Shown: positions 14,406 to 29,779 of the stretch, piece after piece
How the letters are laid out: each line of letters begins with the position of its first letter
How positions within the stretch are numbered: position 1 is the stretch's first letter
Source: Flaccisagitta enflata
Taxonomy: Eukaryota
Direction: 5' to 3'
Length of the DNA: 64,000 bases
NCBI GenBank assembly: GCA_965153355.1
Contig: OZ231126.1
Coordinates: forward strand, 42,594,001-42,658,000
Program-made: the position numbers and the translations under genes
The notes under the pieces: model-generated
What the model was told of the DNA's origin: nothing
The model's input: the letters and a program-made list of their open reading frames with translations, nothing else
The model's database searches: none

Positions 14406-14909
14406 TTGAGAGACAGAAAGGCAAGAAGAAAATGATAGAACTGTAGAAAGACCAAAAGAGAGACAGAAAGACAAAAATACTGATAGACAGAAAGACAGAA
14501 AGACAGAAAAACAACAAGACAGACAGGCAGAAAGACGGATAGATAGACAGACAAACGGAGACGCAGAGAAGGAGTGGAAGAAGAAAGAAACGAATAGTGA
14601 AAGGGAATTGAAAGGGAGAGAATGAGAACGTCTTAATGACAGACAAAATTATCTGAGCAAATTGAAAATGCTAGAGAGAAAAACTCATTGGACGGACAAG
14701 GCAAATACGTCTCCAGACGAACAGATGCACTGGCAGCCAAACAGACAAACAACCAGACAGACAGACGATGATAGTTGAACGAGATAAAACTGCAATAACC
14801 TGTGAAGCAACTCTCACCCAACTTTTTTTTTACATCATGCGTCGCTTCCACGTTCTTAATCATCCCGGACCCGGGCCATGGTACAAGAACGACGGGAGGG
14901 GAAAAGGAG

Positions 14910-15044
<135 letters not shown>

Positions 15045-15057
15045 GCACACACACACA

Positions 15058-15275
<218 letters not shown>

Positions 15276-16071
15276 TTCTGCTACCCAATGCAGAGATGTA
15301 TCGTTACAAATGCAGAGTTTACATTGTTAATCGGCAATCGGCAATCGCATTCGATTGTTTGACGCTTAATCGGCGAGGCAAACACAATATAACTGCACGA
15401 CTACAATACTGCAATACTGCAATACAATACAATACAATACAACAATACAGTGCAAATTTTGTAGTGTAATTGTTTGTCAATCGAATACGCTGCACAATTT
15501 CAAGCACTGCAAAATACAAGATAAAGGAAACGAAAAGCTAACTTACAGGATTGGGCAGAAGCGGTGTCCAAAAAGTCAGTGGAGGCAATTTACGCATTCA
15601 TATCGGAGAGTGACGCCTAAGCACTTTGAGACGAACAGTTATACTGACAGATGAGCGGGTTCCAGCAACGAGTGAACGCAACAATGAATCTTTTATACGT
15701 CTTTTCGTCTTGGTACATCTGTGTGGGAATCCATGTCTAGAAGGCAAAATTGATGATTCAATCATAGAAAATCTTTTTGCTCCAAATTCGCATTTCCATT
15801 CATATTTCCCTTCCCACATCCTATGAGAGAACATTGGCCAAAATCCTATATCCAATTTCCCTAACACCGTTTGATGCTACTCCTTTTCCATGACAATTTC
15901 TATCGTTGTTTGTCCTTTCTCTTCTTTCTTTCCATTTTCCTAGAAACTTCTTTCATTTTTTTCCTTTCGTCCTTTGTTTCTCTCTTTGTTTCTTTCATTT
16001 ATTCTATTTTTTCATTCATTCTTTTTTTATTTCTTTTTTTCTTCTTTCAATGTTTCTTTCTTTTTCTTCTT

Positions 16072-16273
16072 TTTAGTCGCGTGCTACGCGACTCTACACC
16101 CCGCTCTGTCGGTCCGTCCGTCCGTCCGTCCGTCCGTCCGTCACACTTTACTTTTTTTTTTTTGCGGACCATGGCCTCACTGCTCACTGCTCCTGCCCAA
16201 GTGATCAAGTGATCTCAAACACGGCCCCTGCCCACCCGCATGCAACTGGGGTAGCCGTGTATCCGGCCTTGTT
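16072..16273 (+). mobile_element. Helentron/DINE-1-like element (family A), left-arm specific
   Basis: tttagtcgcgtgctacgcgact (hairpin) - (gtcc)n - catgcaact - gccgtgtatccggc hairpin - cttgtt; the right arm has only an A-run at ~41614-41619. Confidence 0.85.
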
Positions 16274-16321
16274 TTTCTACTTTCCATCTTTTACTGTTTC
16301 TTTCTTTCTTTCTTGCTTTTT

Positions 16322-16523
16322 TTTTAAGTCGCGTGATACGCAACTCTACATCTCGCTATGTCGGTTCGTCGGTTGATCGGTCGGTTGATTAGTCCCCTTT
16401 TTTCTATTTCGCCGTTTTTTAACTTTTTAGCTCACTGCTCCTAACCAAATGTCCAAGAGATTTTCTTTATCACAGCCCCTGCCTACCCGCACGCGACTCG
16501 TGCAGCCGTGATTCCGGCCTTGT
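16322..16523 (+). mobile_element. Family A element shared by both arms (predates the duplication)
   Basis: agtcgcgtgatacgcaact...cacgcgact...ccggccttgtt; inverted copy at ~41368-41570. Confidence 0.75.
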
Positions 16524-16542
16524 TCATTCTGTCTTTTGGCTT

Positions 16543-16655
<113 letters not shown>

Positions 16656-17287
16656 CATCCATGTTTCTTCGGGCAAAATGGGTAAGACACTGGGCTTAAC
16701 GTGTTGTGAGCGTTCACTCATGTGAAGCAGTTGATCCTTGGTTGAGATTGTCTTTTTGGTTCTCTTTTATGGGTTAGGGTTGGGTTTTTAAACAACAGGC
16801 TTTCTCCATTTCCATCTTTCTTTCGCATTTACGTTAGCTTTTTGTTTATCTTTACTCTTTTGTCTGACTTTTTCTGTCCCTTATCTTCTCATGTCTCTTC
16901 GGCTCTCTATCTCAATAAGTTTGTCTCCTTCCCCTACCCATACCCTATTATTCCGACATCCTCCTACCCAGATTAGGCCTTTCATTTTTCCCTCTTTCTC
17001 TCTTTCTCTCTGCTTGTCCATCGTTTTCTTTTGTTCCGACTATTCGTGTTCGTCTGTCCCAGTCTGTCTGTCTGTCCCAGTCTTTCTGTCCGTTCCGTGA
17101 CTCAAGAACTTGCTGTGTCGGTCAGTCCGTCAGTCCGTCGGTCCGTCGGTCCGTCGGTATCCAAAACAAAATGTGAACGTTTTTTGGCTATTCCGCTCCT
17201 GCCCACCCAACCGAGTCTGGGGGGGAGTGTATTCGGCCTTGTTTATCTGTCTGTCTGTCAGTCCCTCCGTTTGTCTGTCTGTTTATT

Positions 17288-17394
<107 letters not shown>

Positions 17395-17518
17395 CCCTCA
17401 TTTCGCGTCGTTAATGGTCCTTGGGTCGTGTCATTTTGACGATCTCGTCCACGGCCAGACAAACGATGATGCCTTGGCTGAGAAATCGATAAATATTTCT
17501 ACGCGGGCTCTGCCTCTT

Positions 17519-17667
17519 TTTAGTCGCGGACATGCGACTCTACACCTTGCCGTGTCGGTCCGTCCGTCCGTCCGTCCATCCCAAATTGTTTTGAATTGCG
17601 AGCGGTTTTCGTATTACAGCCCCTGCCCAACCGTCCGCGACTGTCTTGCCGTGTAACCGGCCTTGTT
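17519..17667 (+). mobile_element. Family A element shared by both arms
   Basis: tttagtcgcggacatgcgact...(gtcc)n...ccgcgact...ccggccttgtt; inverted copy at ~40057-40204. Confidence 0.8.
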
Positions 17668-17953
17668 TTTAGTCGCGTGATACGCGACTCTATAAGCCAC
17701 TGGCCCGACTCTATAAGCCACTTTTTGGTCGGTCCGTCGGTCTGTCGGTCCGTCGGTCCATCCGTCCGTCCGTCACAAAACTGTTTTAGAGGCTCTTTAA
17801 AGCGTTTTTATGTCCCTGAATGGTAGAAAAGAAACTTTGTGGAATAATTAGCCTTTTAAAATGTCTTTTTGAAAAAAAAAATCTTTGTCTGTCTGTCTGC
17901 GTGACATTTTTTGAAAGTGTCGACGCACGCGACTTAGGTCTAATGACCTTGTT
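17668..17953 (+). mobile_element. Family A variant stacked on the 3' T-run of the previous element, left-arm specific
   Basis: agtcgcgtgatacgcgact...cacgcgacttaggtctaatgaccttgtt; absent at right-arm 40050-40058. Confidence 0.8.
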
Positions 17954-18211
17954 TTTTCTCGGCCCGTTCTTGGCTTAGTCTCTTTGGTCCGCCCTTCTGC
18001 GTCGTGCTTAGCGTCTCTAGGAGAGCCGGCGTTTAGACCGGAAGCGGAAGCCAGAAGCCGAAACGGCGTCCGAATGAGGGTGCGTTTTTAAGGCGCGGTT
18101 GCGCAGAACTTCTCTCTTTTACTTTCTCTTTCTGTTTAGGTTTATTCTCAACTACTTCTCGGACGTTCGGTCAGCGGGGTTTACCCGTGCCTGTGAAATG
18201 ACAATGCTTGT

Positions 18212-18389
<178 letters not shown>

Positions 18390-18914
18390 GGTCCCTGTCG
18401 GTCCCTTGCGGTAGGAAGGTCTTACCCTGCTTGCGTCCGTGAAACGCGTTAGTGGTCAGAACCAATGTTGTCAAAACCTGGGAAAGGGCAAGGGCACCCC
18501 AAGGATACCTTGTCTCATAACGCCGTCTTTACCCTGGCTCTTCGGCTTCAGATTTAAGACACATTCATCCTCAGTTATACGATTTTTCGTTATACGTAGA
18601 AAAGGTAAAAAAGTACATGGTCACTATCGTGATGTTTACTTGTCATAAGAAAGCAAGTAAAAAACAGGAGGGAAAGTACCACGAATCAAAGCTCCTCAAT
18701 GTCAATAGCTGATGAGGAATCCCTTTTAATCTGGTTAGCGACTCGAGCGAGCGAAGGAAGGTTGACATCTGTATGAGTAAGCGAGTTAACAAATTAACGA
18801 TTGAGGCGAATTTTAACAACAATGTGGGCTTCGTTCAATATCATCTTTTAGCCCAACACGAACATTCCTTCTGTGCTTTTCGTCAACGTGGCACTTTACC
18901 TCTCGATAAATGCA

Positions 18915-19071
<157 letters not shown>

Positions 19072-19967
19072 TGCATGTGTGTGTCAACTCACTTATTGTC
19101 TGACGCTCAATCCTCGATGCATACTATATTGCGCATAATTAGATGTAATGGATATCCATTGTCTGAATGACTACAAACGGGATTCTAACGTTTGTTTTCT
19201 TCGAGACATTATTTCCAAAAAATCAAAGGCCAGACAAAAAGGAGAGCAACCAACGGCAAAATATTGAAATGAAATTTTCGGGGCCGCACAACCAGGAAAA
19301 GAAATAAAAAGAAAGAATTTTTTAACAGAGAATTATGTAATGGCGCAACCGTCTGCCCATATATTTCACTCACAAACTGACAAGCAAAAGTGGTAGCATG
19401 TGCCGAAGTTGGCTTCGGTTTCGAATTTTGTCTATTGATGGTTGGATAAACAATCCTACCCACAAAAGTTACCATACCGTGTTCGGTATCATCGGGATTC
19501 GGCCTTTACAGTTCTCCGGACGAAATTGACAATAACATTTAAAGTCTGAGATTTTCTATCTAGCTAATTGCCTTAGAAGTGTTGATCTCTGACTTACTTA
19601 CAGCAGTTGATTTCCTGTCCCTAGTCTGTCGATAGCCTCTTTTGACATAAAAAAGCCCCAACCCTTCCACGAGTAGCTCGGCATCCCCATACCACACCAC
19701 GGAACCGGAGGCTAAAATAATCTTTTTTATGACAAGGATTTTTGTATGGAAGATGATTCTTTTTATTCAGTAAACAAGAAGATGGTCATCAAATAAAAGC
19801 AATGCGCAGAACGGAATGCAATGTAAACATTTTTTTCTATTTGTCTGTCTGTTTGAGTCCGTCTCCCAGCCTCTTTCTCTCTCTCCCTCTCCCTCTCCCT
19901 CTCCCTCTCCCTCTCCCTCTCCCTCTCCCTCTCCCTCTCTCTCAAAACCTCCCTATCTTCTGTCTTT

Positions 19968-20047
<80 letters not shown>

Positions 20048-21655
20048 TGTGCAGTGTTTCTTTCTTCCCCGTTATCCCCCTGTGACCTGTCTCTTTTCAC
20101 TTAATCCCCCTCTCGTCAAAACCAAAACCCACAAACAACATCGTAATGAAGCTAGCTCTCAAAACCAACAATTGCTGATTTTAGTCATGGACATGGACTC
20201 TACATGCTGTGTTGGTCGATACGTCAGTACGTCGGTAGGTTACAAATTGTGTTGGTTGGGAGCCAGTTTTTGCGTACTGCTCCTGCTGACCGTCGCAGCT
20301 GGTTACGATGTATCGTGTATTTTCTATCATTTCAGCACTATATATTTGAACGGATATTCTCGTACTATAAGCTGGAAAACAATTTTTAGTCGCATACTAC
20401 GCGACTCTATATACCCCGCTATGTCGGTCGGTCAGTCGGCCCCTTTTGGGCAGTATTTCCGAAGCGGTCGATGACCTATGCTTTCACACATATGGGAATT
20501 TTAATATGTATATCATATCATGTGTGGGTTCACACATACATAAGTCCATTATCGGATGACATGCGTAATAACCATTGATCACATTTAGGAAAATCACATT
20601 ATTAAGTAAACAAAGTCTGTAGCCCTCGGGCCTCCAGTTCTTATTGAGCTAAGTGAATAACCTTTATTTCTTATGGAAGATATCTTGAAGGTTGAAGAGC
20701 ACAAAACAAGAAATGATAACTGCTCCATTCGGTTTCCTCCAAAATGAGAAAATTCTGTCTCTGAAAAAAATTTTGATGATGCTGTTTAAACACTGTAAAC
20801 TGTTGTTTAAGGGATCCAAAGTTTTCTACAATGTATCCAGTCTCGAGGCCAAAATCCTAGTCTCGAGGCCCAAATCTTAGCCTTGAGGCCAAAATCCTAC
20901 CCTAAAGACCACCCGCTTTGTTGGTCCATTTGTCGGTCCGTCGGTCGGTACGTCGGTTCGTCACACTTTACTTTTGTGGTTTTTTTTTGCAGTCTTTGAC
21001 CTGACTGCTCCCGCCTAAATGATGAAGCGACCTCAAATAAGGCCCTGCCCGCCTGCACGCGATGTAGGTAGCCATGTATCCGGCCTTGTTGATGAACCTC
21101 CTTTATTGGTAAGCAAGATTTGTGGCAACCAGGTAGTACACAATCTGCAATAGTTTTTATCACACGGCCCAAGGTTCATAATCGGTAATTTTTGCCGGCG
21201 GTGATTGTAAGGTTTGGAAATTGGGAAAGTTGTATGGGTCAGCAACAACAAAATAAAGAAGAACACAACAACAACAATAACATCAATAACAATAATAACA
21301 ATAATAATAATAATAACAATAATAATAATAATAATAAATAAATAAATAATAATAAATAATAACAATAACAATAACACACACAACAAATAACAATAATAAA
21401 TAACAATAATAAATAACAATAATACAATAATAATAAATAAATAAATAAACAGCAGCTTCAAATATCCCAATATTCAGTATTGCGAAACCCTGGCTTTTTC
21501 ATCGATATTTTGGTACATTGCAATGATGATCAGATCCAAGGAATATTTGGAGTAGATATCATGGCAGTTCGATTGGCTTGTAAGATCGACAAAAAAAAGT
21601 GGTGGAAGACTTCGATTGGGGAATTGTCATAAATGACAAAGTTCTTTGAATGTTT

Positions 21656-21821
<166 letters not shown>

Positions 21822-22119
21822 ATTTGTTATTGTTGCTGTTTTTGATGTCTCCATCGTTTGTATTGTCTTAGGGGAGAGGACTTACTAACAAAGAAACGAA
21901 CAAAAGTCCCCTTGTGTTCTACAGGTCATCATTGCCTTTGGGGCCGATGCCCAAAGAGTCACATTAGGTGGCAAGTGCACCTTCGTATTTGTATTGATAT
22001 TCATTATAATCATCATCATCATCATCATCATCATTATCATCATCATCATCATCACCATCATCACCATCATCATCATTATCATCATAATCATCATCACTCT
22101 CATCATCACTCTCATCATT

Positions 22120-22153
<34 letters not shown>

Positions 22154-23046
22154 GAGTGAGGGCCATGGACTTTAGGAGAGCTTGAGAGCTCTCTGAGAGC
22201 TTGAGAGCTCTCCTGGCACTCTCGGAGACTTTGAGAGCTCTCCGACTACCTGGAGAGCTCTCTCGCTCTCTCTCTCTCTTTCTCTCTTTCTGGTCACAGA
22301 AAACATAACCCGAACAACTATGAAAGGACCGTTGGCCAGCCAGTCTGAAGGTCACACAACAACAAGCAAGACAGTTGATTATCCTGACAATTTTGGATAT
22401 CTATGATTTTTCATCTAACATGTAGATGTATTCATGGAATATTTATCAAGGGATTGATTCAAAATTAAGGAAAACTGTATGATAGATTGTAACAAAATTA
22501 AACAGCAAAAAAGAAAATCGACCAACTACCAAGCAGCCATTAGTAAAGTAAAATCTGCTAACAAATACTTTTAGGGAGGGAAATAGTGATGCAAATTATC
22601 AGCTCACTAAATCGCCAGTTGGTGACTAAAATCAACATTCATTCCAGCTGACATTTCAGGGAAAAAAAATATGGGATAAAATGAAGACAAAAAATTAGCA
22701 GGGTGATGAGAGGACAGCTCCTAACTTTAAATAAACAGCAATTATAAAAAAAACATTTGGAATTCAAGAGATGCACTTTAAGAAAAAATATATTCATAAT
22801 GGGAGATGTGAATCCATCCCCTCAAAACAACAACAAACACGCCAATGAATCTAAGGTCACTTACCTTGGTCTCTAATCATGATTTCATTGGTTACTCCTC
22901 CAAGATCAAATCATGATTTCATCGATCAGGCATGTAAGTAAAACCTGATAAAATGTCCAGCAAATTGATTGATTGTCAAGATGCTCTATATTTTTTTGGA
23001 TATTTGCAAATACTATCACACTATTTTCCATAAACATTTAGATATA

Positions 23047-23218
23047 CAGTTAGGCTTCACTAGAGCACATTTCAAGGGTCTGGGCTAAATTATGCCTTAT
23101 AGTGAAGCTGCCTTATTACCAATATAAAAATAACTATAATTTCTCATGAGACTACAATTTGAATGCCTTATAAGCGGGCATGCCTTATTAGCGGGTGCGC
23201 TCTAGTGAAGCTCCACTG
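23047..23218. mobile_element. 172-bp pogo/Tigger-like MITE
   Basis: TA-cagttaggcttcactagagc ... gctctagtgaagctccactg-TA; internal gccttat repeats. Confidence 0.75.
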
Positions 23219-23870
23219 TATCCTATTCCTCAATTCAAAATATCATTATGTGAATATAATTATCATCAATAAGCTGATTATCAAACAAGATTTGTTTGAT
23301 GATAATAAAAACCATATAGACACATTTCAAACTTTTAAAGTTAGAAAACATTCCTACTCAACACTTTTCTACTACGTTAAATTTGTTAGGATATAACAGA
23401 TATTCAATATCATTTATTTTTTCAATGAAAAATTACTTTTTTGAAGTAACTAATTAAGTACCAATAATAATGGTTAGTGACACAGTCATTAAAAAAAGCA
23501 ATTAATTATTTATTCCAACAAAACCATGATTTGAAAACTCTGAAAGAAACAAAAAATCATGACTTGACAACTGTAAATGATATAACAAATCATGGTTCCA
23601 TTGCTCACATCGCCTCCTCCAAGCACCTCAACGTAAAAATTCTAACTGATTTCATGGTCAATATTGATAGATGAATTCAGATTTGCCCTCAAAAGTTGGA
23701 GGAGGAGGAGGTCCTCCAAAGGTCTTCCACAAATCCTCCTCCTCCTACACCCAAGAGAGAGTTGGAGGAGGGAATGATTTTATAGGTAGTGGTGACCATG
23801 GATTCAGAATTCTGCATCCATGGGGTCTGGAGGTGCTCTCGCGCACAATCTCCTAAGGCCCATGGCTATG

Positions 23871-23914
<44 letters not shown>

Positions 23915-23915
23915 C

Positions 23916-23989
<74 letters not shown>

Positions 23990-24215
23990 GTCACCGTTAA
24001 ACAAAGTGATATCAATGGACCGTCTAAAATCGGAACTTGCCTATTGTTCATTCTCATGTTCTATGGCCTCGGTCATTTCTTCCCCTGGTGAATTTCATTG
24101 ATACCAACATCATCGATGTGGTTGTCAAAGATAAATACGCACATACATATATCTTTTTAAAACTTACTACCAGTAAAGGCGGCTCTCGCCGACCGGAAAA
24201 AAATCGTAAGGGCTG

Positions 24216-24386
<171 letters not shown>

Positions 24387-24837
24387 ACTCTCACCCTCTC
24401 TCTCTGTCTCCCTCCCTTGCTCCCTCCCTCTCTCCCTCCCTCCCCCTCCCTCTCTCTCTCCCCCCCTCCCTCCCTCTCTCCCTCCCTCCCTCCCTCTCTC
24501 CCTCTCTCTCCCTCCTTCTCTCCTTCCCCCTCTCCCTCCCTCTCTCTCCCTTGCTCCCTCCCTTTCCCTCCCCCTCACCTTTCCTCTCGCTCCTCCCCCT
24601 CTCTCTCTCCCTCCTCTCACCCTCCCCTCTTGCTTCCTCCCTCTCTCCTCCCTCTCCCTCCCTTCCTCCCTCACCCTCCCCTCTCTGCCTCTCTCCTCCT
24701 CCCCTCCCCCTCTTCCTCCCCTCTCCTCTCTCCCTCCCTTCCCTCCCTCTCCCTCCCTCCCTCTCTCCTCCCCTCCCTCCCTCCCCCTCTATCTCCTGTC
24801 CTTCTCCCCTCTCCCTCCCTCTTGCTCTCCTCCCCAT

Positions 24838-25661
24838 GGGCAGCCTCGAAGCGAAGTCCTGGGAACACAGGGTCTTTCGTCGTCCGTTCGTTTGTTTATT
24901 CGTTTGTTTGTTCGTCCCCCCTTACACCTCAACTCAGCCCTCTCAGGCCCTATAAGCCCTCTGGCCTCTATAAGCCCTCTCAGGCTTCAATCAGCCCTCT
25001 CAAGCCTTATTAGCCCTTTTGCCTCAATTAGCCCTCTCAGGGACTTCTGTTCGTCCATTCGTTCATTCGTCCGTTTGTTTGTCCCCCCCCCGGCCCCCTC
25101 ATCAGGCCCTTCAGGCCTCAAATATGGCTTCTGAGGCCTCAAATCTGGCCTCTCAGGCCTCAAATTCAGCCTCTCAGGCTACAAATCCAGCCTTACAGGC
25201 CTCAAATCTGGCCTCTCAGGCCTCATATCCAACCTCTCAGGCCTCTCAGGCCTCAAATTAGGCTTCTCAGGCCTCAAATCCAAATTCTCAGGCCTCAAAC
25301 CTGGCCTCTCAGGCTTCAAATCAGCTATCTAAGCCTCAATTTATTGCTCTCAGTCCTCTGACCTTTCAAGCCTAAATCCAGCTCTCTCCAGCCTCAAGTC
25401 AGCCCTCTCAAGCTTCCAATTGACATTCTCAGGCCTTACATCAGCCTTCTTAGACCTCAGTTTAGGCTCTTGAAGGCTTTCAGTCAGCCCTCTATAGCAT
25501 CTCATCCACTTCATCAGGCAGGACAAGCGAAAGTCCCCCTGTGTTCTACAGGGCTTCGTCCTCTTCGGGGCCGCTGCCCTGCTTCCCTCACTCCAATTCA
25601 CAATCATTCAAAGCAGGGCAACGGGTATCGCTGACCACATATTGCCCTTGGGTGACCTGTT
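24838..25661 (+). mobile_element. Family B Helentron-like element with internal ~21-bp tandem repeats
   Basis: Degenerate 5' IR, (gttc)n, ggcctctcaggcctcaaatct repeats, 3' IR at ~25530-25580, tail ending ggtgacctgtt; embedded in a CT-rich tract. Confidence 0.75.
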
Positions 25662-26589
25662 CTCTCCCTCCCTCTCTCTCCCTCTTCTCTCTCTCTCTCT
25701 CCCTCCCTCCCCTCTCTCTCTTTCCTTTCCTTTCCCTCCCCCTCTCCCTCCCCCTCTCCCTCCCACTCTCCCTCCCCCTTCCTCCTTCCCTCTCCCATCT
25801 TCCCTTACTCCCTCTCCCACCCTCCCTCTCCTTCCCTCCCTCTTGCTCCCTCTTTCCCCCTCTCTCTCCCTCATTCTCCCTCCCTCTCCCTCCCTCACCC
25901 TCCCTCCCTCCCTCTGCCCTCTGCTGAACTCATTTTTGTTGTTACTTAGGGCCCAAAATTGTGATTGATGAATAATATAGATCTTTGAGAAAAATGCGGA
26001 AAATGTGAAAAAATAAAAAAAGATTAAAAAATTCATAGCGCCTAAAGTATTGGTCCGACAGTGCCCTGCTTTTTTTCAGAAGGTGTAAAAAAGTGCCCTC
26101 TTTCACCCTGTACGATTTTACCCTCTTTGGGCTGGCGGAAAGTTACTGAAGTTTTCATGTGGATAGTCAAGATATTTCTTTTTTTTTCATTTGCTTACTT
26201 ACCTCAATTTTTCCCCATTTTAGGAGAAATTCTTATCTCAACCACCCCTTATAACCCCTAATCACCATCACACTGGCACATCGCAGCGAAATTTCGTCAA
26301 GAGGTTCGACGACGACAGCTAAAATTGTTGACGGCCGTCAAGCCGATTTCCGCCTACAACATCGACGTCAAGCTTTGGTCAACTTTGAACGTCAAACTAA
26401 CGGCCTTAACGACCTTCGAGATTGCTGAAATCTTTATCAAAGCTGCTCATGGGTTAAAACTACCTCCAGTTCAAATTTCAGCCGAATCCGTCATGAATTA
26501 CAACAACAGCAGTCGATGACGTCGAAGGCCATCGAGCCAAAATTCGCCTACAATTCAACAACAACAACTACACTAGTCCACTTTCAGCG

Positions 26590-28093
26590 CACTGTGGTCC
26601 CTAAAATGAAAATTTGGGCGCTAACTTAAGAAATTTGAATTTTTCGCCCACAGAGGTTATTCAGTATCCTAAAAAAATGCTTCCTGGCAGTAATTGATGT
26701 GCCGGATCGAATGGTAACACCCGCAGGTGTGTAGCCGTAACAGTTTTGGAGAAAAAGGGTGATTAAGTGTGATATTCAGCGCACAGTGCGCCACAAATTG
26801 CAAATTCAGGCGCAAAATAAAAAAAATCTAGGATTCTTGATCGTAAAAAATACCTGATCTTTAAAAATTCCTTAGTTAACAGTTTTTGATATGTCTGATC
26901 CAATAGTAACATTGGGAACTTAGAACTTAGCATTTCTGCAATAGAGAAAAACTTGAATTTTTTCTCGCTAAAATTTTTTCTTACTAAAATTTTTCTCGCT
27001 TAACTTTTTCTCGTTAAATTTTTTTTCGCTAAAATTTTTTTCGCTTAAATTTTTTTTTTTGCTAGAATTTTTTCTCGCTTAAATTTTTTTGCACTAAAAT
27101 TTTTCCTTACTAAAATTTTTTCTTGCTAAAATTTTTTCTTGTTAAAATTTTTTCCGCAAAAATTTTTTCTCACTAAAATTTTTTCTTGCTATAATTTTTT
27201 TTCGCTAAAATTTTTTTAGTTAAAATTTTTTCTCGCTAAAATTTTTTCTCCCTGAAATTTTTTTGCTAAAATTTTTATTGCAAAAATTTTTTATTGCAAA
27301 AATTTTTTCTCATTAAATTTTTTTTTTTTGCAAAAATTTTTCTCGCTAAAATTTTTTCTTGCAAAAATTTTTCTTGCTAAAATTTTTTCTCACTTAAATT
27401 TGTTCCCGCTAAAATTTTTTCTCGCTAAAATTTTTTTCGCTAAAATGTTTTCTTACTAAAATTTTTTTTGCTAAAATTTTCACACAAATTTTCAAAAAAT
27501 TTTCTTTTATTTTTTCTTCTTGCTAAAATTTCAAAAAATTTTCAATGATTTTTAGGCAAAAAAAAAAATGTTTTTTTGAAAAATTTATTGATTTTATATA
27601 GCAACTTTCCTTCAGTCTTGAGTAAATAAAAAAGACATTTGGATTCAGCATAGTAAATACTAAAAAACAAAATGCTTGCATAATTTTTCATAATTAGTCA
27701 CTTTGTCCCCTTCATTCGGAAATTTAAAGTCTGACCTTGCTTGTCTGTATCACAGAAACCGTAGGTTCTACGCAACCTACGGACATAGCTATTAGTACCG
27801 GCATGTCGAAAACTATCAACTATGAAATTTTCAGCGCTGTGGCTTCTTTTGTGGCTAAAAAATGCTGAATTCTTTAATTTTGCGCCTGAATTTATTATTT
27901 GAGGCAGATTGTGCATCGAATATCAATTTAAATCACCTTTTGTTTTAGCTGCACACCTGGGGGCGTCACCATTGGATCTGGCACATCAAATATTATCAGT
28001 TGGCTCTTTTTTAGATTCTGGATAACCTTTGTAGGTAGGAAATTAAAATTTTTCTTAGTTGGCGCCCAAATTTTCATTTTGGAGACCACAGTG
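26590..28093. mobile_element. Non-autonomous Transib-like element with long degenerate TIRs and a central AT-rich ~17-bp repeat array
   Basis: Starts CACTGTGgtccctaaaatgaaaatttgggcgc, ends gcgcccaaattttcattttggagacCACAGTG; inverted similarity extends ~350 bp; flanks cagcg / cactg (imperfect 5-bp); (taaaattttttctcgc)n at ~26958-27480. Confidence 0.6.
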
Positions 28094-29155
28094 CACTGAG
28101 ATTTTAGCTTTTTGAGCTTTGACCGGACCTGTAAATGGGAGACTGTAGGCAGATTGTTTTTCTTTTTGCAAAAGTACATTCACTTACTAAGGAGCTTTTG
28201 TTTAGCTCAAAATGAGCTAAAATGACTGTGATGCGCTCCTCAGTTGACTTTTTTCAGAGAACCACACTGAATATGCAGGGACTATTTAGGCCATTCACTG
28301 TGCCTTATCTGTACGATTAGCGTTAACACCCTCAACTTTGGGGGGTCAAAAATCAAAATTGCGATTTTGGTATCAAAATTGATTCTAGTGGCAAGGAAAA
28401 ACATAAACTAAGACCAATCAAAAAAAATTAGCCGATTTTATCGATTTTTGTGGCCTCACGAGCTTTCAGAAGTTGAAAAACAGCGAAATTTTTGCATCAA
28501 AATTTCGACCATTTTTCTCCTTACCTTTCACCGATTTTTTTTCATTGTGGGCTCAAAAATCCATATGAAGACATGCGGTTTTTTTTGCTGGCTCGGTCTT
28601 GAGTAGTTCTATCAGCTAGGAAAAAAAAATTGTCCAAAAATTGACAAATTATTGGGGTATTTTTAAAAATGCTACATTTTAGATATTTTTGGGTTAAAAA
28701 ATTCATGAAAAGTAGGTCTGGAACTTATATTGCCCCAAGAAACCCCACCAATTTTTTTTTATGATTTGAAAGCCTTGGACCACTTTCAAAACTTGAGGAA
28801 CCTGGCGGAACATCGGTCATTTAGGGGCATAAATGCTCACATGTCAAAATTCAGTCATAATCAGGGAGCTTAACGGCAGAAACTAAAGTGTAGGTCTAAA
28901 ATTGCCAAAAAGCTATGGAACCTTATCATCCTGACATATTTTTTTGTGCTGAACACGAATCTGGCATCCATTTTTGAAAATTTTTTGAGCTCCCCGCTCA
29001 AAAATCCATTTTTTTTGCCAATTTTGGGGTAAAAATGCGTTTTTTGGCTACTTAGAGTCCACTGTTGTCCCTTGGTAGAAATTTTCAATTAAGCCTATCA
29101 AGAACTGTAATAAATACACTGTCCACAAGAATCTGGTGGCCATACAAAGTTCTTA

Positions 29156-29753
29156 CACCGTCTTTAAATCGGTTTGACTTTTAGTAAACCTTTATAAATC
29201 AAAAACTTTTGGGAAATAAATCTTTAAATTTTCAGCGTATATAGTTAATATGCTACAGTTTTGTCATGCCAAATCTCAATGTTGAGTTCATAAGTGTTGG
29301 AAGTCAGCATAACATTGAAAAAAACTACAATTTTGTGGGCCAAATGAATTTTTGGTAATTTTTTTTTTAAAGATATCGTTACTATTTGCTTGCTACGTCT
29401 GTAGAAACCCTTTAAAATATCCATGTTTTTGATACTTATGCAGGAAATGTGTAATCTATGAACTTTTATCTGTCGTTTGAGACTCATCCCAAGGTTTTGG
29501 TCAATTCCTTTGGAAATGGGAAGTTGTCAAAGACAGCCTCTTTAAAGAAAGCTCGGAGAAAATGGTAAGGCATATAAAATGGTAGTTTAATTAATGTTAT
29601 ATTGACCGCCAATACTAAGGAGCTCAATATTGAGATTTGGCATAACAAAACCGTAGCTTACTACCAACATACACTGAAAATTTGAAGACTTTTCTCACAA
29701 TAGTTTTTGATTTATAAAGGTTTACAAAAAGTCAATCCGATTTGAAGACCCTG
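29156..29753. mobile_element. Mariner/Tc1-type MITE with ~185-bp TIRs
   Basis: TA-caccgtctttaaatcggtttgacttttagtaaacc vs ggtttacaaaaagtcaatccgatttgaagaccctg-TA. Confidence 0.8.
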
Positions 29754-29779
29754 TATATTGTCAAAAATAGGCCGAAAAT

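Noticed and set aside
16768-16795. gggttagggttggg / ccctaaccc as a telomerase RNA template or telomere
   Set aside because: Only ~1.5 repeats, with no recognisable pseudoknot or H/ACA features.
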